Source: a virus. Taken from it: a DNA stretch of 64,000 nucleotides. The DNA is taken from IMG/VR virus record IMGVR_UViG_3300006750_000002, positions 1-64,000 of that record; one strand, written 5' to 3'. The position numbers and the translations under genes are program-made. This document shows, piece by piece, positions 56,671 to 64,000 of the stretch. Position 1 is the first letter of the stretch. Each line of letters begins with the position of its first letter. Below the pieces are notes generated by a model that ran no database searches, was not told the origin of the DNA, and was given only the letters and a program-made list of their open reading frames with translations.

Positions 56671-59600
56671 ATGCCAGGGTCACCACAAAATAATAATTTT
56701 TCTTCATTAAGTTTTTCAGGTACTAAAGCACTTAGAGATTTACTTTTAACAAAAAATTTACCTAACCCAGAGGGTTTAGGTCCATATGGTAATTTTACTA
56801 ACTCCACATACTCTATTGCGTCCTTTTCAGTTAAAGATGTTATAGACCAACCAAGTGTAGAAGTTAACTCGGAAATGTTTTTAAATAAACTTTATTTAAA
56901 TAACGCTTACGGGCCAGAAGGTGGATATTCGGATTTTATAAAAATATACACTACGAGTCAAGGTATAGCTAAGGTAAACGAAGGAGAGTATCCTGATTTT
57001 ACCCCACCAGAGACTGGGGCAGGTTTATTTGGTGAAAACCCATTTAGGATTGTAGCTCGTTATTATTCACCAATGGACATACTATTAGGGGTAAGTGCGG
57101 AAGGACTTTTATCCCAAACATTGTTACAGGACAGTCCACTACAACAAGCGGGAGCGAGACAGCTAAGGTTTGAATTTCAAGAAAGAATAGCACAAGAACT
57201 TTATCAAGAAACAATTGGTAGACTTAGTTTTGTAGACGCATTACAAGACCCTATAGACGCTTTAGATATAGTTACGGGGAGACAACCCCTAATAAACAGA
57301 GATTATACTATAACACAACCTAAATCACTCGTAGGACAAGGATTAGACTTTGTATCTAGACTGACGGGAATATATGTCCCGTATTCTTACATACCTGGAG
57401 ATTATTTTGAATTAGAACCACCTAGAGGACTAAGCAGCGTAGAAAAATCTATTTCTGACATTACAGGAATATTGGGAAGTTTAGTGGGAATACCACGGAG
57501 GAGACAATCCCCTTCACAAAGATTTTTAGAATATACGGGAGGAGGAACAAAATCAAAACTTTTTAAAGCAATCAGATATAATAAATATGGGCCACAATAT
57601 GGTGAAGGTGCACAGGCACAGACCGCAATTGGTGCTGCGTTTGGTGAAGTTATAGATTTTGTTGGGGGAGGTATTCTGGGTTTTGGTAATAACCCACCCA
57701 ACCTACCACAATATATTGGAGGGCCTAGAAATAGGATTGCCGACATGACAAGTCCACCAGATAACACATATGCGGGTAAAAATTATGTGCAAATGTTTGG
57801 TCCCGACGCGGTAGCGAAAGAGTTCGACTCTAACGAGTATGAATTTGGGATGCGAGGGAGAAACTATAGTGACCAAGGAAATGTCCCAGGGGGATTTACA
57901 TGGTTTACGGATAAGACACCAGGAAGTGGATTTTTAAATAGTGTAGGTTCCTTATTTAACGCTAACGCTAATAGTAATAGGGTAGGACCACAGGAACCAG
58001 GAGCGACACAAGGGCCGGAAGGGTCTACAGATAATACCACACGGCATCAAGTACCAAACTCATACGACGACACCAAATCTACTAACTATAAATTTAGACA
58101 AGACAGTCTTATGGACACTACCCAACAGATTATAGATTCAGTACCTAAAGGTGGTGCCGGTCTAAAATCTGTTTCTCACGCTATGAACCAGGTGAGTAAA
58201 GTTTTTAATGATGGTTATAAAGAATTAACAAAAGGTTCACGAGTTAAAAAATTTGTAAATACTGATGCAACATCAGGAGAGGGGATAGAGCAATCGAGAG
58301 AGTACTGTAGGGTATGGACTAAAGATGTCCCTTATTACGCGTATGACAGACTGGTTAGGTTTAATATGAACCATAGAAAAGAAACATATTCTGTTTTAGA
58401 TAGTCCTTACAATTTAAATATTGCACCCCACAGAACCGATGAAAGTGGTAAGGGGTCCAGTAACATTGTTGACGGTAAGGTTAAAAAATATATGTTTTCG
58501 TTGGAGAATTTAGCTTGGAGAACAAGTGGTGAACCAGGATTTACATATGATGATTTACCTTCCTGTGAAAAAGGGCCAAACGGAGGAAGAATTATGTGGT
58601 TCCCACCATACGACTTAAGTGTAGACGAAGCGAGTTCAGCAAACTGGACTGAGAACAACTTTTTAGGTCGACCAGAACCAATATATACATATAATAATAC
58701 AAATCGTACAGGAAGTTTACGATTTAAAATCGTAGTAGACCACCCGAGTGTTCTAAACTTATTGGTTAGAAAAGAATTACAAAAGTTAGGACCTGAAGAA
58801 ACAGACGCTATTGTAGACTCTTTCTTTGCTGGGTGTAAAAAATATGATATTTTTGATTTAGCTAGAAAATGGAAACAGTTCTCAGTGAATGAATTAGAGT
58901 CCTTAAATGAACAACTTAACACTGCTGGATTGACAGACAGGGCCACTAGAGAAATTATAAATGAATCGGCAACTGAAAATCCACAGGAGACTAATCCCAC
59001 ACCATTACCAGAATTACAATCAGGACTATACTTCTTTTTTGATAACGACTATCCAGACACTAATACCAACTCTACTACATCTACGGTAAGTTATGTTGCG
59101 TGTGCTGAAGGGAGTATGTCACAATTTGGCCAATACCTAGTTCCAGGAGCGAGTTCTTTTGAAGAATATATTAATAGTGCTAGTGAAGCTGATAAACCTG
59201 GTTTTAGAACCTTCTTCACAGAAGACGCGGGTAAAAATGGTGGCATTGGTTCGGGTTCAGCTTATGACCAATATAATAACGTATGGCCACAATTTGCTAG
59301 AGATTTAAAACAGGTCTTAGATTCCGGTTTAAAAAATGTAACATTAATATTTGATGGTTCGTCAAGTTCTATCGCTACTTCCGCATACAATAAAAATCTT
59401 TCACAAAGAAGACTGGATTCCGTAATTAAAATGTTTGACACTTATGAGATTGATGGGAAAAAAGCTTTTAAACAGTATAGAGAGGACGGTACGTTAAAAA
59501 TACCTGATGGTAACTCCATGGGTGAGAGTCAATGTAACGTAGACACTGGTGGTACTGGTGAAGGTGAAGAGGGGCTTGGGTTAAATGAGACTGGTGTGAT

Positions 59601-61806
59601 AGGGAGTAACACTACGACAGGAACAGTAAATAATTCTGGTCCAGTTTATTCCGCACCCGCGGCAGGATGTAGGTATGTTACCATATCTAGTATTGAATAT
59701 GAAGATATTGCACAACCAGAACCAGAACCGGAACCTAAACCTCCAGTGGATAGGAAACGAGTTAGGCCTATACAACAACAGGAACAACTTAATATAGAAA
59801 ATGACAAAAATACCCGAAGAGAAATAGCCAACAAAGTTCTAATGAAAATGGTTACCGAGTGTGATTATTTCGACATGATTCAAGAAGAGAATGAATTTAT
59901 ATATGATTCTTTGAAACAAAAGTTTAAATTTTTTCACCCCGCATTTCACGCTATTACACCAGAAGGGTTAAACAGTAGGTTGACTTTTCTTAATCAGTGT
60001 GTTAGGCCAGGAGCGACCATCCCTACCGCCACCAAAAGTGGAACTTTAAACAGAAATGCAGACGCTAAGAACACATCATTCGGTGCACCACCAATATGTA
60101 TTTTACGAATTGGAGATTTTTACCATACAAAAATCGCTATAGACCAGGTGTCCTTTACTTATGATGAGAATCTATTGGATTTAAATCCAGAAGGTATTGG
60201 GGTGCAGCCCATGTTAGCTACTGTTAGTCTTAATTTTAAGTACATTGGAGGACAAGGGTTAAAAGAACCAGTCTCCCAACTACAAAACGCTTTATCCTTT
60301 AATTTCTTTGGTAATACTGAAATGTATGACGATAGAGCAGTTTTAACTGTTACGGATGACAATCCAGATGAAAAAGCGTGGATACAGGAGAACTCTGACT
60401 TAATTGGTAATACTGGACTCCCAAATCCAGAAGGGACCGCAGACGAAACAGATGAAATAGATACTTCAGCAAATGACGGGATTACTATTGGTGATAGAAC
60501 CAACTCATTTGGGGGCACTACAGGACAAACGGGCACAATTAACTATAAAAACAACTGGGTAGACCTAAGTACCGCAGCATATGAATATATCAATAGTACT
60601 AATAATGATATATTTGATTATGTGAAAAATCAAAATTATGTAGGTTTACAAATATTTTTCTCGGAAAAAGAAATGTTTGAAGGTGAGTATTATAGTGCGA
60701 CTGCGGTCCCAGGAAGTTTTAATACTAATAATGGAAAACTAATAGGTAAGTCTAAAGGTTGGGAAACTAGACTAAAGGATTTGGAAGACCTTTATAAATT
60801 TAAAATCACAGACGGTACGACCTATATTCAAAACATAGCTGTTGGGTTAACTTCATCACAAGAAGATAGTTTAAAAGAGTTTTTACAACACCAACTAGTT
60901 GATAGTATACGTGAATATGAGTACCAGTTCACCCAACTAGACCTAGATTTAAAAGCTAGCACCTTAAAGTATGTCAAACACATTAATTCACTTAATATTG
61001 TTAATAAAGGTGGTGATGGGTATGGGGAAAACGGTAAGTGGACCACACTTAAGTTATCGGGAGGGACAGACGTTTATCCCACAGTTAATGGAGCGACCCC
61101 TCCCACAAACACATTAGTAGAGTTAGGCGACGACTATAAAAACCTAACCAACTTAATTACTTTTTATAGTCAAATATATAACGGGGATAGTGCGGGGTTA
61201 ATTATTGGTAATACACTTCTTGATGTTGTGACAGCTAAATTAACTGCACCTAATCAATTTAGTGTTGGATGGGACAATATTAGTAATGACCTCAACTCTC
61301 CCATTAGTGCGTCACTCACCCCCTTCATTATGGAATATTACTTATTTGGTAATAAATTAATTGACCAGGCCACTGTGGATTCATTAGTTAATACTAACAT
61401 ACAACCATTTAAGGATAATAATAATAACTACGTGGGACAATCATCCTTTATAGGTGAAATGGTAGAAGCCTTATACCCACCACCACAAATGACGCCATTA
61501 TGGGTAGACTGGTTTAAAAATGAAGTTTCTGAATACATAACACTTAACGAAGATTTCTATATAAGAAAATTTCTAGATATTAATGACGAATTTCTTACAA
61601 ATGTAACACCCGAAGGTATTAGTACATTATCACAAGGATTAACTGAGTTATCATACCCCGCTAATTTAACTGACCTGAAAGATGATAAAAAACGAGAAAT
61701 GACTTATGAACAGGTTACGGACCAGAGTATAGAAGCCGATATTAGGGTTTACTCGAGTAAGAGAAGTACGGGTCCTGACAGTAGTTTTAATTTAAAATTC
61801 TTTTAA
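56671..61806 (+). CDS. Large baseplate/tail protein with internal OmpA-like domain
   Basis: 1711 aa; MWFPPYDL and GRPEPIYTYNNTNR tube-initiator-like motifs; YFFFDND...YNKNLSQRR...GES. Confidence 0.6.
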   Translation: MPGSPQNNNFSSLSFSGTKALRDLLLTKNLPNPEGLGPYGNFTNSTYSIASFSVKDVIDQPSVEVNSEMFLNKLYLNNAYGPEGGYSDFIKIYTTSQGIAKVNEGEYPDFTPPETGAGLFGENPFRIVARYYSPMDILLGVSAEGLLSQTLLQDSPLQQAGARQLRFEFQERIAQELYQETIGRLSFVDALQDPIDALDIVTGRQPLINRDYTITQPKSLVGQGLDFVSRLTGIYVPYSYIPGDYFELEPPRGLSSVEKSISDITGILGSLVGIPRRRQSPSQRFLEYTGGGTKSKLFKAIRYNKYGPQYGEGAQAQTAIGAAFGEVIDFVGGGILGFGNNPPNLPQYIGGPRNRIADMTSPPDNTYAGKNYVQMFGPDAVAKEFDSNEYEFGMRGRNYSDQGNVPGGFTWFTDKTPGSGFLNSVGSLFNANANSNRVGPQEPGATQGPEGSTDNTTRHQVPNSYDDTKSTNYKFRQDSLMDTTQQIIDSVPKGGAGLKSVSHAMNQVSKVFNDGYKELTKGSRVKKFVNTDATSGEGIEQSREYCRVWTKDVPYYAYDRLVRFNMNHRKETYSVLDSPYNLNIAPHRTDESGKGSSNIVDGKVKKYMFSLENLAWRTSGEPGFTYDDLPSCEKGPNGGRIMWFPPYDLSVDEASSANWTENNFLGRPEPIYTYNNTNRTGSLRFKIVVDHPSVLNLLVRKELQKLGPEETDAIVDSFFAGCKKYDIFDLARKWKQFSVNELESLNEQLNTAGLTDRATREIINESATENPQETNPTPLPELQSGLYFFFDNDYPDTNTNSTTSTVSYVACAEGSMSQFGQYLVPGASSFEEYINSASEADKPGFRTFFTEDAGKNGGIGSGSAYDQYNNVWPQFARDLKQVLDSGLKNVTLIFDGSSSSIATSAYNKNLSQRRLDSVIKMFDTYEIDGKKAFKQYREDGTLKIPDGNSMGESQCNVDTGGTGEGEEGLGLNETGVIGSNTTTGTVNNSGPVYSAPAAGCRYVTISSIEYEDIAQPEPEPEPKPPVDRKRVRPIQQQEQLNIENDKNTRREIANKVLMKMVTECDYFDMIQEENEFIYDSLKQKFKFFHPAFHAITPEGLNSRLTFLNQCVRPGATIPTATKSGTLNRNADAKNTSFGAPPICILRIGDFYHTKIAIDQVSFTYDENLLDLNPEGIGVQPMLATVSLNFKYIGGQGLKEPVSQLQNALSFNFFGNTEMYDDRAVLTVTDDNPDEKAWIQENSDLIGNTGLPNPEGTADETDEIDTSANDGITIGDRTNSFGGTTGQTGTINYKNNWVDLSTAAYEYINSTNNDIFDYVKNQNYVGLQIFFSEKEMFEGEYYSATAVPGSFNTNNGKLIGKSKGWETRLKDLEDLYKFKITDGTTYIQNIAVGLTSSQEDSLKEFLQHQLVDSIREYEYQFTQLDLDLKASTLKYVKHINSLNIVNKGGDGYGENGKWTTLKLSGGTDVYPTVNGATPPTNTLVELGDDYKNLTNLITFYSQIYNGDSAGLIIGNTLLDVVTAKLTAPNQFSVGWDNISNDLNSPISASLTPFIMEYYLFGNKLIDQATVDSLVNTNIQPFKDNNNNYVGQSSFIGEMVEALYPPPQMTPLWVDWFKNEVSEYITLNEDFYIRKFLDINDEFLTNVTPEGISTLSQGLTELSYPANLTDLKDDKKREMTYEQVTDQSIEADIRVYSSKRSTGPDSSFNLKFF

Positions 61807-61808
61807 TT

Positions 61809-62279
61809 ATGTCCAGATATTATAATAGATATACAGATTTTAATGTGAACGGCGAAAACCTAACTGTTCCGTTTATTAAATTACCTTCATTATCTTCAGA
61901 TAAGAAAACAATATATAAAGTTAATAGGTCTAGGTTAGATAAACTAAGTGAACAATATTATGGAAGTCCATATTTTGGGTGGTTAATCTTACAAGCGAAT
62001 CCTCAGGTAGGTGGGTTAGAATGGTATATAAAAGATGGGCAAGTATTGATTGTTCCGTATCCTTTAGTAGCTTCTTTACAAAACTATAAACAAGCGGTAG
62101 ACGACTATTTCTTTTTCTATGGTAAAAACTTACCCATGAATACCTATACGATACCTAACATCAACTCAACACCAATCACTTATGTGGCACCTGTAAGTAA
62201 CAACACAACTGGAACACAAGGTACCATAAATACCACTAATGGTGGTATTGGGGGAAGTACGTATTCGTCTTCGTATTAA
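61809..62279 (+). CDS. LysM-like baseplate wedge protein (gp53-like)
   Basis: RLDKLSEQYYGSPYFGWLILQANP...VLIVPYPL. Confidence 0.75.
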   Translation: MSRYYNRYTDFNVNGENLTVPFIKLPSLSSDKKTIYKVNRSRLDKLSEQYYGSPYFGWLILQANPQVGGLEWYIKDGQVLIVPYPLVASLQNYKQAVDDYFFFYGKNLPMNTYTIPNINSTPITYVAPVSNNTTGTQGTINTTNGGIGGSTYSSSY

Positions 62280-62293
62280 TTTAATGATTAATT

Positions 62294-64000
62294 ATGGCAA
62301 ATGAAATTAGTAATGGTGACAACGTCTTAGTAGAATTTTCCGAGAACAACATCCTGTTGGTTGACCCAAGTAGAGTTTTTGAGGGAGGTAAAGTAAAGGA
62401 TAGGTTAGTCGACTCAGAGAACCTAATTATATACGCTAGTTTAAAAGCCAGAGTAGTTCCCCGTAGTAAACTTATTGCGGGAGCAGGAGTAGATAACCCA
62501 ACACCAGAAGCTTTTGTCGATGTATTCGAAGGAGACATCAATTTTTTAAAACCAGAAGGTAAGAGTTATTATACCAGTGATTGGACCGACACTCAAACGG
62601 GAAAGGGATTTGCTACCGCAGGAGGTGCGTTAAACCAAAGAGTTCAAAACACGGTAACAGACCCACGAACTGGACAAGTGAGGGTGAGTGAGGAAATTAG
62701 TAATAGGTTAGATTCGGAAGGTTTTGGAATTAATAATATATCTGTTACTTTAAATAGAGCCTTTACCCCGATTGTAAATATTACATTTACTGACGTTAGA
62801 GGACAAACATTGTTCGAACAAGGCCCTAATTCACCCTATGCTGCGTTTTTCCAATTACCTTACCCCCTATTTAAATTAAAGTTAAAAGGGTATTATGGTA
62901 AAGCGGTAGAGTACCAACTCATGCTAGAAAAATTTAATGCGTCTTTTGATGCGTCTACAGGAAATTATAATGTTACGTGTAACTTTAAAGGTAGGGTTAC
63001 AGCATTGCTGGCTGACATCAACCTACAAGAAATGAGGGTGGCACCATATATGTTTTCGAGGTCTTATGAGGTAGATAATGGTGAAGACGAAAAAACTTCA
63101 TTTTTCACTAGTAGAGGTAGACAAACTTTGAGTCAAGTATATGAAGCGTACAAGGCTAAAGGTCTTATCGATAATCGATTACCGGACCTAACGATTGACG
63201 ATTTAATTGATAGGATTAAAGAGTTAGAAACCGATATAGAAAAAAAATTAAAAAGTTATAACTTAAATGCTTTAGATGATATTGAAAAATATGACAAATA
63301 TAGTACTGGATACCGAAATAAAATATTGGCAAGTGGAGGTTGGAGAGCCACATATATAGATACAGACATAAACTCGATTACGGGACCTCAGGTAGATGTA
63401 AAAACTGATAAAGTTTATTACATGTTTAAAAAGGTATATAGGGATAATCCCGTAAAACAAAAAGACGCTTTTGAAAATTTAAAAAAGAGGATAAAAGAAG
63501 GTAATGAGGGTCTTTTAGGTAATAAAACGTTTGGTACGGGGGGTGAACAAGCTATCCCCGTAGACATCAGGTATGAAGATTTATTGGCCGCTCCTCCGAC
63601 AGGATTTGAAGATAGCACTAATAGCTGGTTTACTTTTGAGATATTCGAAGAGAAAATAGGGAAAATAATTACCGTGTTCAACACTAAAAGAACCGAGATA
63701 GAAAAAACTTTAACTGCCGCGGTAAACACTGTAGTAGTAGAGTCACTAGGTTTCAACCCCACAGTAAGAAACATATTTGCTATATTTATTTCTCACGCGG
63801 ATACCTTTCTAAGGTTGATGGACGAAACCCACAACCAAGCCTTTGCTGTTAGAGAAGACCCTAACAGGTTAAACTCGATTAATGGTACGGGTAGCCCCAG
63901 TAGTACTGATGAGGTTGTTATGGTATACCCCTGGCCTCATTACTACCTAGAAGAAACGGACGAAAACGGACCACAATATGTTAGCACTTACCCTGGGTCT
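62294..64000 (+). CDS. Large baseplate hub-like protein, 3'-truncated by window end (absent from ORF track)
   Basis: Manual translation of the first ~350 codons (MANEISNGDNVLVEFSENN...FGINNISV...FTDVRGQTLFE...YPLFKLKLKGYYGKAV...) found no stop; the rest was not checked codon by codon. Confidence 0.7.
   Translation, partial: MANEISNGDNVLVEFSENNILLVDPSRVFEGGKVKDRLVDSENLIIYASLKARVVPRSKLIAGAGVDNPTPEAFVDVFEGDINFLKPEGKSYYTSDWTDTQTGKGFATAGGALNQRVQNTVTDPRTGQVRVSEEISNRLDSEGFGINNISVTLNRAFTPIVNITFTDVRGQTLFEQGPNSPYAAFFQLPYPLFKLKLKGYYGKAVEYQLMLEKFNASFDASTGNYNVTCNFKGRVTALLADINLQEMRVAPYMFSRSYEVDNGEDEKTSFFTSRGRQTLSQVYEAYKAKGLIDNRLPDLTIDDLIDRIKELETDIEKKLKSYNLNALDDIEKYDKYSTGYRNKILASGGWRATYIDTDINSITGPQVDVKTDKVYYMFKKVYRDNPVKQKDAFENLKKRIKEGNEGLLGNKTFGTGGEQAIPVDIRYEDLLAAPPTGFEDSTNSWFTFEIFEEKIGKIITVFNTKRTEIEKTLTAAVNTVVVESLGFNPTVRNIFAIFISHADTFLRLMDETHNQAFAVREDPNRLNSINGTGSPSSTDEVVMVYPWPHYYLEETDENGPQYVSTYPGS

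Noticed and set aside
59716-59740. EPEPEP short repeat
   Set aside because: Ordinary Pro-rich interdomain linker.
4606-63774. Numerous antisense ORFs in the track (e.g. 4606-5055, 7072-7488, 42971-43387, 55972-56526, 57402-57767, 58407-59000, 60159-60536, 63418-63774)
   Set aside because: Shadow frames fully overlapping well-supported genes on the other strand, with S/L/F-rich composition typical of antisense translation.
1-64000. Stop-codon reassignment (TAG or TGA readthrough) as in some large Bacteroidota phages
   Set aside because: Long conserved genes (polB, sheath, helicase, gmd) are intact in the standard code and coding density is high.

Overview
This 64-kb window is a fragment of a large, AT-rich lytic dsDNA myophage genome with a T4-like contractile tail. 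The host is inferred to be Bacteroidota, from repeated TTTG-N19/20-TAnnTTTG promoters, A-rich translation starts without Shine-Dalgarno sites, and a lipoprotein signal. Main content: (1) a non-coding left end with a candidate ~570-nt highly structured RNA and the start of a second one, each behind a host-type promoter plus a boxA-like GTTCTTTGAA; (2) baseplate spike and virion genes with a gp55-like late sigma factor; (3) a ~19-kb glycan-tailoring locus (about 8 glycosyltransferases including GT10 and GT25, gmd, fcl, rfbB, 3 sulfotransferases plus a remnant, 4 methyltransferase-like genes) with visible cassette-replacement scars, interleaved with phoH, dut and an exonuclease; (4) a late operon with a stand-alone WYL protein; (5) Cys/Thr/Gly-rich fibre-like proteins, DNA polymerase B, neck proteins and an SNF2 helicase; (6) tail sheath, tube, assembly chaperone (probable programmed frameshift), tape measure and baseplate genes, interrupted by inverted accessory genes (GIY-YIG/RAMA-like nuclease, RHH protein, kinase/HAD cluster, Mom-like DNA modifier). 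Best candidates for new biology: a virion glycosylation/sulfation system whose acceptor may be the strongly enriched [S/T]-G-x-T motif in three structural proteins, and the large boxA-led ncRNA. All family calls come from motif recognition by eye, counts are hand counts, and no database search was run.
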